A DNA stretch of 63,815 bases, filler included, from Collodictyon triciliatum (taxonomy: Eukaryota): the NCBI GenBank assembly GCA_043381765.1. It is 24 parts of 24 records of this genome, joined end to end, with 100 filler letters (N's around TTAATTAATTAA, not from the genome) between each part and the next. Parts side by side here need not be neighbours in the genome. Positions count along the whole stretch, not along the records: positions 24,577 to 27,198 come from JBHJMP010008566.1; positions 27,299 to 29,919 come from JBHJMP010008567.1; positions 30,020 to 32,638 come from JBHJMP010008568.1; positions 32,739 to 35,356 come from JBHJMP010008569.1; positions 35,457 to 38,075 come from JBHJMP010008570.1; positions 38,176 to 40,794 come from JBHJMP010008571.1; 18 more parts are not named here. One strand, written 5' to 3'. The notes beneath the pieces are model-generated. The model was not told where the DNA came from and did no database searches. It saw only the letters and a list, made by a program, of their open reading frames with translations. The translations under genes were made by a program, and so were the position numbers. Below are positions 26,821 through 38,368 of this stretch, piece by piece; within the stretch, counting starts at the first letter, position 1; each line of letters begins with the position of its first letter.

Positions 26821-27542
26821 CGGATTCGTTCCTGATTTTGAAGTGATGTGTCGTCTCAGTAGTGTGTATGTTTTGCTGTGTTGCTATTTGGACTTTTTTG
26901 CGTTGTTTATATTTTTGGTAAAAAAAAACTCGTTTTATTCCTTTTTTTGTTTTTTTGTTTTTTGTTTCTTTTTTGTTTCTTTTTTTGTTTCTTTTTTTGT
27001 TTCTTTTTTTGTTTCTTTTTTGTTTCTTTTTTGTTTCTTTTTTGTTTCTTTTTTGTTTCTTTTTTGTTTCTTTTTTGTTTCTTTTTTTGTTTCTTTTTTG
27101 TTTCTTTTTTGTTTTTTGTTTCTTTTTGTTTTTTGTTTCTTTTTGTTTCTTTTTTGTTTTTTGTTTTTTGTTTTTTGTTTTTTGTTTTTTGTTTTTTTNN
27201 NNNNNNNNNNNNNNNNNNNNNNNNNNNNNNNNNNNNNNNNNNTTAATTAATTAANNNNNNNNNNNNNNNNNNNNNNNNNNNNNNNNNNNNNNNNNNNNTT
27301 TTTAGTTTAGTTTAGTTTAGTTTAGTTTAGTTTAGTTTAGTTTAGTTTAGTTTAGTTTAGTTTAGTTTAGTTTAGTTTAGTTTAGTTTAGTTTAGTTTAA
27401 TTTAGATGGCAGTAATAAATATTTATAGATAATAGTCATATTAATAATGGTTAAATATCAAATACCTATAAACAATTCTTGAAAATTATGATGAATTTCA
27501 AACATTTAAAGTTTTCGAAAAACATTATCATAAAGAACAAAG

Positions 27543-29097
27543 GAAAGGATTCAAGTCGCCCTCCCTAGAAAATCCGTGTGAGGTTGACATATTCCGACAA
27601 ACAACTCACTGTGCTCATCGTGTCTTGTTGGCCTGTTGGAGTGAGCCTCTGTACGCAATGTTTGCATCACCCATGATCGAAAAGAGACAACGTAATTTGA
27701 GAATATCTGATGCTGACCCAAGGATATTCGCACACCTACTTCATTTCATGTATACCGCCGAATTGGATTTAAATCCAACTGATTACAAGGACGACGTGGA
27801 CTCGTATTTGGCGGTAATTATCAGCCTTCTTGAACTTGGAACCCGATACTGCATCGACCTACTTCGCAGCCTGCTTTGCGAGAGACTTGAATCGCTGATA
27901 TCTGAGGATAATTGTTGTCGGATATATTACGCAGCTCAGCTGTACCAATGTAACTTCTTAGCAAACGTTTGCTTGAAATACATCTCCAGGGGGTTTCCAA
28001 AAATATTGGGGACACCGGACTTTCTCAGCTTGGACTATGCATCATTCTCGACCATTTTACGACGAGATGACCTCGCAGTTAGCTCTGAAGCAGTGGTTTG
28101 GGATGCTGTACTTGATTGGATTTCCCAGAAAAACCGTTCATCGTCGCCATCAGAGTACATTACAGGCCCTAGTACATCAAGATTACCCTTTCTCGACGAT
28201 TTACTTGATATAATTCGATTCCCACTGTTCTCGCCAACGGAATTACGACATATATCGAGTTCAATTCTTCCAGAAAATCCTATGCATCTCCCAGAGGAAT
28301 TCCACGTTTTATTGTGCCAGAAACTACCTCCTTACATCAAAACTGCTCACACAGCGCTTAGCGCGAAGGAACTACAAACCACAATCCCATCCACAAGTTC
28401 TTCATCAATGCCCACACTGTCTTCTTCGCCGCTGGCTTCTTCTCCTTCATCTTCTGTGATGAGCTCTAGCCCTTTGCAATCATCTGGGTCTTTCTTCAAA
28501 ATCTTTGAAAACAGTATTTCACTCCGCCCAAATACGAATCCTGGGGCAGACTTTCGACTTACAAAACGTCGTAATCCTTCCTTGCGCCCTTTGATTTTTT
28601 CTTGTGCCGGAGATGAAAACGGGGCTTGCTTTTACGCAGGGACAGGATACAATCGAGGAAAGCAATGGACAAATCCCCATACACTCGGAACTGTCAAAGT
28701 AACGTCATCTTCGTTCCCTAGCAGATACACAAAGCCGGAATATTTGGTCGACCGAACGTATCGCACAATCTCATTTACTACCGCTCGTACAGGGCAGTGT
28801 GCGTGGTGGGCAATCGACTTTGGGCCCGACCATGCTCTCATTTGCAATCACTATGTTCTTCGGCATGATGGAACCCGCACGACCTTCCTTCGCAATTGGA
28901 GACTTGAGGCGTCCAGCGATAAGATAGAATGGGTTACACTTCGCGAGCATAGAAACGACCTCACGCTCTCGGCTCCCGGTCAGTTTGCTGCGTGGCCCGT
29001 GGAGCCCACTCTCGCCTACCGCCACTTTCGAATCTACAACTTGGATGATGGACCGCTTGTCTTGATGTCTTTTGAGTTTTACGGGCAGTTTGTGTGA
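27543..29097 (+). CDS. BTB/POZ-BACK protein with C-terminal F5/8 (discoidin-like) domain, last exon
   Basis: AHRVLLACWS..AMF, F..LLHFMYT, BACK motif (LRRDDL.VSSE..VWDAVLDW, IRFPL), C-terminal WWAIDFG..NHYVLRH..LRNWRLEAS..YRHFRI..FEFYG. Confidence 0.92.
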
Positions 29098-30582
29098 TTG
29101 TCTATGCACACGTCGCACGCGTGACTCTATTGTCTCCTTTCTGTCGTATACAAACCCACTTGCAGGTTAAAAGATATGAAGAAAAAAAAACGAAGCCTTC
29201 GTATGTCTTGGCTGCAACGAAGAAACTCGCCCAGAAGCCCCTTCCCTCTTTGCTTCCTCTATCATCACTTGCATGTCTTCCGGTAGCGTCAACAATCGGC
29301 TCTGCTGCCCACTTTCTCAGTGTCGAGCCCGCCCTGGGTCTCCCAGAAGTATAAAGACACATATATACCGATGATTGCCGAGCCTCAACGCTGGTGATAG
29401 GCTTTTATGCTCTTCTTTTTTTGTAGCTTGTGCCCACCTCTATTCTCATGAAAGCTTCGTGTTGTATGGAGACTACAGCGCCGTTTATTCCTATTTTATT
29501 TTATGTTGCCGATTCAGCCTTTTTCCTGATATCCGGAGTATATGCGCTGTGTCTGTGGATTTTCTTTTATTGGTGTGGGAAATGCGCTGTCATCGCGTTC
29601 ACAGCAAGAAAATGATCGATCTATCAACCAACCGATCAATCGTTTACCTGCATCTGTTGATTCCGCTTATCGTTTCTCTTTTTCCTGTGTTTATCTCTTT
29701 TCTTTTTCTTCCCTCGGTCCTGCACAAAAGTTGAAAGGAAGAATAAAAAAAAAACTCTTTTCTTTTTCTTTTCTTTCCTTTTCTTTCCTTTTTTTTCCTT
29801 TTTTTTCCTTTTTTTTCCTTTTTTTTCCTTTTCTTTTCTTTTCTTTTCTTTTCTTTTCTTTTCTTTTCTTTTCTTTTCTTTTCTTTTCTTTTCTTTTCTT
29901 TTCTTTTCTTTTCTTTTCTNNNNNNNNNNNNNNNNNNNNNNNNNNNNNNNNNNNNNNNNNNNNTTAATTAATTAANNNNNNNNNNNNNNNNNNNNNNNNN
30001 NNNNNNNNNNNNNNNNNNNTTCATGTTTTTTTGTTTTTTTGTTTTTTTGTTTTTTTGTTTTTTTGTTTTTTTGTTTTTTTTTGTTTTTTTGTTTTTTTGT
30101 TTTTCTGTTTTTCTACTTTTTAGTTTTTTAAGTTTTTTTTTGTTTCTCTGTTTTTGCTTCATGCTTCATGCTTTAGGCATTGGCTCTGTATTTTGTTTTG
30201 TTTGTTTTTCGCTGGCGAGTTTTGCCTGATGCGAGTGAAGCGTGGTGTTCCGGCGAGGCTCATTATCAGTGACGAGTGGCTATGCGAGGGGTTGCGGATT
30301 GTGACCGCCTGCTTGTGGCCGCGGCGACAGGTCGTTGCGGTTTCCTTGCTTTCCCGTGAATGCGCAGTAAATTCCCTCCTGCAAGAAGGAATGACTTCCC
30401 TTCCGGAAACGAAGGCTGGATTTTGTCCCTCTTTGGGAAGGCTCCATTTGTGGAGAATATCGCTGTTCTCTAATTTTGCGCGGTGTTTGCCGGTTTCGGT
30501 TGTACATTGTTGTGAAGGAACTCTGTTCAGATCTGCGACTTTCGGCTGCTTTGCGTTCGCGCACAGATTCTTTGTTTTAACT

Positions 30583-32325
30583 TTATTTTTTCCCTTCCAG
30601 CTTGCTGACAAGGGCATTGATTTTCGTGTCCTTTACTCGCACCAGTTGCTCCAGCTTAGATATCTTGGCCTCTAGTATCTGCGCAGTGATATTGAAAGAG
30701 TAACCAGCATCAGCCCGTGGTGGTGACATAGTTAAAACAAAAGTGAATACATCAACAAATAAATCAGCGCAACAGCAAGGTCAGGAAACAGACATCTATG
30801 GTCTCGCGAAGCTCAATGTTGCTTTGCTCCTTCTCATACAGTAGCTTCTCGTATTTTTCTTCCATTTCTTGTAGTCTCGCTGCGGTGGCGTCATTCACCA
30901 CTTTACCGGACCTAAGAGGTAGATTGAAATACACGTTTATGACTCTTGTCAAGTAGACCACAAGGCTGGTATTTTCCTTAACTTTACTACCATGACTGAG
31001 CCTATATTACAGTACGCTCATTTTCCATGACGCTCATGCATATAAGCCTTCCATATTTTAACAAAGCAAAAAATATCATACGGCGAGCCGGATGCAGAAG
31101 GCCGAGAATCATGAACAGATGCCTGTGCACTTGATTTCGGCTGATTTTCTGAAATAGAACAAGAACGAATTAAAGGTCAAAATTTGGTCACACATAAAAA
31201 AAGATGTGGTATTAATACCTCTATATTATATAGGTATTAATACCACAAAAGAGTAATATTCAAAGATAAAAAAAAAGCTATAAAAAAAAAGGGGAGTGGG
31301 GTGGGGGAAACGCTATGTAAAGGAATTACGCGAGCTTTTTTCCTGTGAAAATGCGTCCATAATCTTAAATGAGGGATTTCTTTGTCGTTAGAGTTATATT
31401 TGAACCATAGAACATTTTTTTCTCTATTTGTTTCTTTAGGAAAACACTCTCCTGATTAAAAAAGTATATAATAAACTCAAATGAAGATAGGAAAATGATA
31501 GATTCAAAATGATACCTTTTTGTGTAATTGTACAAGAATCTTTTCAATAGTTCCTGGGTGGCTATTGGAGACCGCATCAATATCTGTCTGGGTCAATGGT
31601 AGCCCGATTTTTTTCCAAACCTTATCTATTAATGAAATATGAAGGGGGAAAGGTTAACAATTTTATTACATCTATCCCGACCAGCTTGGACTGACATTCA
31701 ATCGAATGTATAGATTTGATACTATTTAATGTTATCCAGTTGGCAGCCTTGCGATCTACTGCACTGGCCGCGCTGTAGTTGTGTAGCTCCACTAACTTTG
31801 GATAAAACTGTTTCAAGATCTCTGCCATCAACACTAACTCATTTTCAGGAGTGTGCAGAGTAGGTGCGTTTAACTTAGTACGTGACCATGAAGAACAACT
31901 TATACGCCATACAATTTTTATTTTATTATTATTATTATATTATCATTATTATCATTATTATCATTATTATCATTAGTATTAGTATTATTAGTATTATTAG
32001 TATTATTAGTATTATTAGTATTATTAGTATTATTAGTATTATTAGTATTATTAGTATTATCATTATTGTTGTTGTTGTTATTTTGATTCCAGAATGTCAC
32101 CTAATGGAGTCTACATTATGTTTTGCTGATATTGTTAGGTTTTTTGGTCCTTGGTTTTTGCTGGGCTATTTTATGCTTGTATTCTTTTGCGTGAGATTCA
32201 TGTATTTGAAACGAACCTCCGTCACTGAAATCTCGGTGAAGGTTCTTCTTCGGCCGCGAGAGCGGAATCATATCTATCCACACAAGCGTTTGCTCCACCT
32301 GGTCAGCACTCGGGTCTTGACTCAT
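30583..32325 (-). CDS. SPEF1: Sperm flagellar protein 1 (SPEF1/CLAMP; CH domain plus coiled coil), multi-exon
   Basis: WIDMIPLSRPKKNLHRDFSDG|VLMAEILKQFYPKLVELHNYSAASA..NWITLN; C-terminus ILEAKISKLEQLVRVKDTKINAL. Confidence 0.92.
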
Positions 32326-33394
32326 GTCTCAATTCTAAGAAAAGAATGGGGATACAAAAGGAAATGAGGCCAGATGCATAACTGTAGGCGCTAACTCGTT
32401 GGTGGATTTGGTCAGGTAAAAAGCATCTCATGTGAATGCTAAGAGGTTGGAGTGTGTATATTCTTTTTCTTTTTCTTTTTCTTTTTCTTTTTTGTTTTTG
32501 TTTTTGTTTTTGTTTTTGTTTTTGTTTTTTGTTTTGTTTTGTTTTTTTGTTTTGTTTTGTTTTTTTGTTTTGTTTTATCTTTTTGTTTTTCTTTTTCTTT
32601 TTCTTTTTGTTCATGTTTTTTGTTTTTGTTTTTTTTTTNNNNNNNNNNNNNNNNNNNNNNNNNNNNNNNNNNNNNNNNNNNNTTAATTAATTAANNNNNN
32701 NNNNNNNNNNNNNNNNNNNNNNNNNNNNNNNNNNNNNNTATTTTTGTGTAATAGTTTCTCACAAAATTCAATACCAATCTAAGCATCGCTGCAATTACGT
32801 AGGTTACTAATTTTATCACCCGCCTGAACGGCATTGGCTTCAAATGGTTCCACAGAAATCCAGTAAGAGACCTTGTCTTGCGAAGCTCCTCAGGTAAGTC
32901 TGGGAGAGTTTTGCACTTTGTTGAATACTCTTTCATCAGAGTTTAATAAAGCTTGCTTGAGGACCAATATAGACTCTATTGTTGGTATTGTGAAAGGCAT
33001 ATATATAATTCTTTCCGAATTTCATGATAAGAGAATAGAATTTTATAGGAAGAAAAGTTTCATCGACCAACTCGAGGTGTAGAGCGTGGATTTTTCAACA
33101 GAACATTTCAATTTTTAATAGACAAATTCTCAGCCGACAACTGGCAAATACTCAATATTCTTTCTGTGACATAAGTCTTTCACTAGACAAAGGAACAATC
33201 TAGATGAAAGGCTTCCCTTGCGTAACATGAGCTTGCGGTAGGTGGCATATAAGTGAATAAAGAAACAAGTCGGGAGAACAAATTTAAATAAAATAAAGAG
33301 GCTTCGCAAGATGCAGCCAGTTCTTCAAATCCCAACACTGATATAAAGGAAAAACACCCGCGTTGCACGTAAGTCCAGAAAGACCCGAGCAACG

Positions 33395-34975
33395 AAGCCG
33401 CCTGCAAGTCTTTCTATGCGGACAGTATTTTTGCACGGGGTCGAGCAAGTCGTTTATAACAAGAGCAAGGCCCGCAGGCTCACAGATGCACTCGCCTCCT
33501 TCTTGAAAGCGAACAAACTTTGCAAAGAGTCCATCCAATTGCGCTTACCGGACAGCGAAGGCCTTTGCCTGATTGCCTTCCACAATGCAGAAAACGCCCG
33601 AAAGCTTTTGGAGCTGAAGCAGGTAATTTTGCTCGATATTACGATCAGCTTCAGGGGAAGTAAACCGGCAGAGACATCGATGATAATCCACCAACTACCG
33701 CTGGACGTGTGGCCGCAACTTATTCGTGAGGAGCTGAAGCCGTTCAGACCGACCCACATGGAAATCGAAAAAGGACAAAGGCTCCACAGACACGGCCGTG
33801 GTGAAGCTTCTTTGTCACAAGAACCAGCTCCCTGCAAAGTTTACGGTCATGGGCAAAAAGTGTCCAAAGCACATCCTCAAAGAGCGTCCGCCAGGCGCGA
33901 ACAACGAACGAAAAGTAAAAGCCCCGCTAAAGAATATAAACCCGCCAAGCAGACAAGCAGCAGCGGGGTCAAGGAAGTCAAGGCCAGGCAACAACTGAGT
34001 CCGCAAGACATACAGCAGATACGCGCATACAGCGACAGCGACGATGACATGGAAGGAAATCTCGGCTCCTCTTCAGAATCCTCGCACTCGAGCCCTCCAC
34101 CGCCAACACCAGACACGACCGCACATCGCAAGACCCAAGAGCAGCGCATCTCCAAACCCCGAAAGAAATCACCCCTAAACTACCCATTCCGACTGACGTG
34201 AACATGGTTAACATAGGAGGCATCAAGGCAGTCTTCGTTACTTATCCAAAAGGATACTCCAAAGCTGAGGCATCAAAAGAACCAGCACCCACCAAAGATA
34301 GCCCGTTTACCGAGCCCCAGCCCGCTGCACCAGAACCAAGGAGCAAGAGCAAACAGCACAAGTCGAATCCGAGCTTGAACTTCACACACCAAAGACAGTC
34401 CGAGCAAGCAGTAGCGTATGTTTCTAAAACCACAAACGCGTATCCATACTCCGGTTAAGCAAAGTCCACTGCCGGCTACGCATGGTCCCGATGCCAGGGG
34501 ACGGTCAAGCGCCACTTCCGATAATTCCAGACAAACAACGATGTATCGCTTTTTGTCAGAGTCGCCCAGCAAGAAACGCAAGGAAAGTGACCCGTTGTCT
34601 CCTCAAAAGACTCATCCAGTGAAATGAAATAGAATGCAAACCTTGTCTGAGATAGACGGCTGAAAGGACTCGTCGGAATCGATTTGAGAAGTAACTGCTA
34701 TGCGCGTACTTTCATCGACCGACAACTTTATCCGCTCTTCTATCAATCTCGAATACAACCAGAAATCGCGTCGGAGCTGAATCACCTCAGGTAGAATAGT
34801 CTGCGTGTGAGAACAATTAATTTCCTTTCTATTTTCCTTTTCCTTTTTGTTTTTGTTTTTGTTTTTCTTTCCACCCAAAACACAAAAACTCTAATCACAC
34901 ATTCCGGGGGTTTCCACTGTCTTGTTCACAGCTTATTATTGTCCTAGAGGCGAAGGCGGTTTCCTCGGCTTTGTT
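33395..34975 (+). mobile_element. Dispersed repeat X, copy 2 (longest); frameshifted LINE ORF1-like gene 33416-34627
   Basis: N-terminal RRM-like region (LRLPD..LCLIAF..ENARKLL..ISF..IHQLPLDV..IREELKPF) followed by a disordered tail. Frameshifts differ between copies. Confidence 0.8.
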
Positions 34976-35026
34976 TTCTCTCAATAAACTGTTGAAAAGA
35001 ACCCAAAAAAATCATTATTATTATTA

Positions 35027-35356
35027 TTAATATTTATTAACCCTTTCAATTTGTGTAAGATGGTGGAGATATTTCTCTGATTCGTTAGCCATCGTTTGCA
35101 TGAACGCTACTTGGTGGCAGGTGGCGGAGAAGTAGTCGGTAATCAGCAATTGCATCCCGCGATTTGGCCTGTAGCCCGGGTCTTGTGCTTGCATGAGGGA
35201 TACAAGGCGAGGTTGAATATCCTTCTCAGCCTCTTTCCACATGTCTCTTCTCACGGGGTCGGAGTAGTAGAGAACGTGCAGGTGGCGAAGAAAGCTATTG
35301 AGGAAAGAGATTTGTATGATGTCATCCAGCCATTATCAGGAATGGGTGGCTGGTTG
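35027..35356 (-). pseudogene. 3' fragment of an unidentified gene with in-frame stops, ending in a (TAA)n tract; possibly a retroelement 3' end
   Basis: Frame reads QPATHS**WLDDIIQISFLNSFLRHLHVLYYSDPVRRDMWK...NKY*, then TAATAATAATAATAA. Confidence 0.3.
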
Positions 35357-35456
35357 NNNNNNNNNNNNNNNNNNNNNNNNNNNNNNNNNNNNNNNNNNNN
35401 TTAATTAATTAANNNNNNNNNNNNNNNNNNNNNNNNNNNNNNNNNNNNNNNNNNNN

Positions 35457-35750
35457 CAACCCTATAGGCCCATTGGTCCACGAGGCACTTGACCCGTTGT
35501 TTGTAAGTATATATCCACTGACCCCTGCAGTCGCCCCAGGTATTTGATTCACCACGGCCCACGACGGCACTGACCCGTTCGTCGTCAAGAAGCGGCCCTG
35601 ATTTCCCGCTTGGCTAGGCAACTCTGCCGGTGTCGTCGTCTCCTGCAACCACTGTAAATATACCCCACTTGAATCTACTTTTAATACTTTGTTTGCGTCT
35701 TGATTGGAAAATTCCGGTAGTTCCTTTTCTTCTGTAATGAAAAAACCCAT
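35457..35750 (-). CDS. Putative fibre protein, variant B, N-terminal part (truncated by contig edge)
   Basis: First 45 aa are 40/45 identical to 12197-13516, then LPSQAGNQGRFLTTNGSVPSW-type phage fibre repeats. Confidence 0.8.
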
Positions 35751-35764
35751 ACTTTAGGCAAGAT

Positions 35765-36529
35765 TTAAAAATCTGGAATAATCCGCAGCGTGAAGCTGTA
35801 GTCCTGAAGTTGATTGATTGTATTGCCCAGCCTGTCCACCAATCTGAAATTCCAACTAAACGGAATATAACTACAGTCCATCAGATTCTCTAGGATATTG
35901 TCATTCACCTCAAAGTAGCTAGAGTACCTCGCGCCAACACTCAGCGGAATCTTTGCGATAATGCCATTGCCGCCTATGTTACTGGCAAAACTCGAACTCT
36001 GGACATTCGGGCTGACTAAATACACATAATCAAACGGACGAACATTGACCATATTCTGCAGCTCAACAAAACTAGTGTTGAATGTTAAATTAGCCGTCAG
36101 TCCTATTAGGTCTCGACACGTTGACGAATTTACAAACAGTTCATATGAAACATCTGGACCAGCTGCTTTGATTGCTATCTTTTGCTTGCCAGTAAGAAAT
36201 GAAACAGTGACTTCTGCTGCAGCTCCCTGGCCTGTGGTTGCCGCGTTAATCTTTGTTCGTATGTCACTGACAATTTCATTGATTGTTAAAAGTCCAGTCT
36301 CTAGTGAAATATTGTATGAAACAGGGCTGCTGTTGACACTGCAAATAAAAGCTAATTCATTGTTGGCACTAGTAACATTATGTACGGCATAAGGTATCTG
36401 GATACTTTCAAGTGCGACTCTGGCTGAGCTTGAAACGTATCTGTTTTGTGTCGTGGCAAAATTAAAATCTGAGATAGTTCCGTTTGATCTGTTGGCTGAA
36501 TCAACGTGAAGGTAATAAGCTTTATCCAT
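35765..36529 (-). CDS. Putative minor capsid (penton, single jelly-roll) protein, 254 aa
   Basis: N-terminal YLHVDSANR..SDFNF..VALESIQIPY..HNV..NNEL and C-terminal YVYLVS..IIAKIPL..FRLVD..G..DYSFTLRI match the pattern of PLV/Polinton/NCLDV pentons. Context next to an ATPase supports this. Confidence 0.75.
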   Translation of the reverse strand: MDKAYYLHVDSANRSNGTISDFNFATTQNRYVSSSARVALESIQIPYAVHNVTSANNELAFICSVNSSPVSYNISLETGLLTINEIVSDIRTKINAATTGQGAAAEVTVSFLTGKQKIAIKAAGPDVSYELFVNSSTCRDLIGLTANLTFNTSFVELQNMVNVRPFDYVYLVSPNVQSSSFASNIGGNGIIAKIPLSVGARYSSYFEVNDNILENLMDCSYIPFSWNFRLVDRLGNTINQLQDYSFTLRIIPDF

Positions 36530-36563
36530 ATTCTACAACAGAAATTATTTTCTTTGGTAAATT

Positions 36564-36911
36564 ATGAGCGACAGCGAAAACGAAATGAATACCATCGAAA
36601 AAAAAACGAAACCAAAACGAGTTGCCAGTGAAAAGCAAAGGGCGCACCTTGCGAAAATCCAGCCAAAAGCGACAGAAGCTAAAAAGAAAAACAAGGAAGT
36701 TATTCAGACCATAAAAACTTACCAAAAATCCACAGCTCCATCAAACGAGCTAGGAGAATTAAAATCTGAAATGGCCAAAGTCGTAAAGTACCTGACACAG
36801 CAAGAAAACTATAAGATACAAAAACGCGCCCAGAAAAAAGCTCAAGCAGAAGCAATAGATAAAGAAACAACACAAGCTTACGCATATGATGTTAACAATT
36901 TATTTCGCTAA
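36564..36911 (+). CDS. Hypothetical basic/coiled-coil protein, 115 aa
   Basis: Lys-rich intronless ORF (KPKRVASEKQRAHLAK), 6 nt upstream of the ATPase. Confidence 0.75.
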   Translation: MSDSENEMNTIEKKTKPKRVASEKQRAHLAKIQPKATEAKKKNKEVIQTIKTYQKSTAPSNELGELKSEMAKVVKYLTQQENYKIQKRAQKKAQAEAIDKETTQAYAYDVNNLFR

Positions 36912-36917
36912 TAATAT

Positions 36918-37640
36918 ATGGAAGAAAAAAAGGTCAACAATTTTAAAGTCGAACCCCTGACTGCTATTAAAAAAAGCAAGCGGCAGATTATGTTGGAAGC
37001 TCTACCAGACCCTGCAGAGTCACGGCCGTACCTGATGTTAATTTCTGCAAAAACGGGCTCAGGCAAAAGTATACTGATAGCAAATTTGCTTAGAAAAAAG
37101 GAGCTGTACTACAAGTATTATGCAAAGTGTTATTTTTGTTCTAGTAATATGGTTGATGGTAAGATATCGGATGTGGCCTATCAGGGAATCAGATTTGCAA
37201 AGACTCGCAGCTTTGATAATTTTACTGATGAAATATTTGACTCAATTCTTCAGGACATAACCAAGGACGACGACTGGAAGGACGAACAGTATTTATTGGT
37301 GCTCGACGATTTGTCCACCGTCTTTGAACGGCCGACCAAACAGATGCTCAAAAACTTTCTAAAACATCGGCACTATAATTTGAGTATTATAATTGTGAGT
37401 CAGGCTATTAGATTAATGAATCCAAAGCTGCGGCAGAATGCCACTCACTTGATTTCATTTTATACCAGTAACCAGCGCGAACGTGAGGCGCTTAATGAGT
37501 TGACGAATCTTTCGCAATCAAAATTCGATGAGCTTTTGGAATATTGCACGGACGAGAATTATTGTTTTATGTTTATAGATTTGCTCCAGCCGAGAAAGCC
37601 AAAGATATACAAGAACTTCAACTCTGAAATCGTTTATTAG
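36918..37640 (+). CDS. A32/FtsK-like genome-packaging ATPase, 240 aa
   Basis: Walker A AKTGSGKS, Walker B LLVLDD, the A32 signature RHYNLSIIIVSQ, and LRQNATHL. Confidence 0.9.
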   Translation: MEEKKVNNFKVEPLTAIKKSKRQIMLEALPDPAESRPYLMLISAKTGSGKSILIANLLRKKELYYKYYAKCYFCSSNMVDGKISDVAYQGIRFAKTRSFDNFTDEIFDSILQDITKDDDWKDEQYLLVLDDLSTVFERPTKQMLKNFLKHRHYNLSIIIVSQAIRLMNPKLRQNATHLISFYTSNQREREALNELTNLSQSKFDELLEYCTDENYCFMFIDLLQPRKPKIYKNFNSEIVY

Positions 37641-37665
37641 ATTAAATAAATTTGTCTGAACTTAT

Positions 37666-37839
37666 ATGTTCAAACTAATTATTAATGATGTAACCTATGA
37701 ATTTGAATCGTGGGACGACCTCCAGATATTTTTATATTCGCTGGACAAATACAATAAGAAGAAGAAACAGAAGGCCAAGCAGATGGACGTAATCTATAAG
37801 GTCGTGACATATGATTCGTTTCGCTTAGTCTTTGAGTAA
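37666..37839 (+). CDS. Small hypothetical protein, 57 aa (below ORF-track cutoff)
   Basis: MFKLIINDVTYEFESWDDLQIFLYSLDKYNKKKKQKAKQMDVIYKVVTYDSFRLVFE*, 25 nt after the ATPase stop. Confidence 0.55.
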   Translation: MFKLIINDVTYEFESWDDLQIFLYSLDKYNKKKKQKAKQMDVIYKVVTYDSFRLVFE

Positions 37840-38368
37840 TTTGCCGTCTGGCCTACGGCCCCAGTCCCAGAACTTTCCGCTTCCAAATGTTGAGGTTGTT
37901 GGTTAGTGGCTAAGAATTTTTCCTGCCCAAATCCTTTATATATTCTTCTTTTTTTATTTTAAAATTTTAAAATTTTAAAAAAATAAAATAGAAAAATATA
38001 GGCGATTGGAGCCCGGGGTTTTTGCCTCAACCTCCACCACCCGATCATCAAGCGGAGGCGAAAAGTTGTTGGAGGNNNNNNNNNNNNNNNNNNNNNNNNN
38101 NNNNNNNNNNNNNNNNNNNTTAATTAATTAANNNNNNNNNNNNNNNNNNNNNNNNNNNNNNNNNNNNNNNNNNNNAAAACAAAAATAAAACAAAAATAAA
38201 ACAAAAATAAAACAAAAATAAAACAAAAATAAAACAAAAATAAAACAAAAATAAAACAAAAATAAAACAAAAATAAAAACAGGGAAAATCAATTCATACA
38301 GCAAGAGTAAGTGCGCAGTAACAATTATGAAAATATACTTTTTTATTCGAGAGATTTAGCAGCTCGTC

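Larger units (their letters stand above)
35457..38075. mobile_element. Polinton-like virus / virophage-like element fragment, variant B (whole contig)
   Basis: Five intronless ORFs with 6-34 nt spacing, including a packaging ATPase and a penton-like protein. Confidence 0.85.

Noticed and set aside
27299-27398. (TTTAG)n as a telomere
   Set aside because: It lacks the G-run of typical telomeric repeats and sits just upstream of an internal exon of the BTB gene, like the other intronic microsatellites.
33395-38075. Repeat X as flank or integration site of the PLV-like element
   Set aside because: They are separated by the spacer at 35357-35456.
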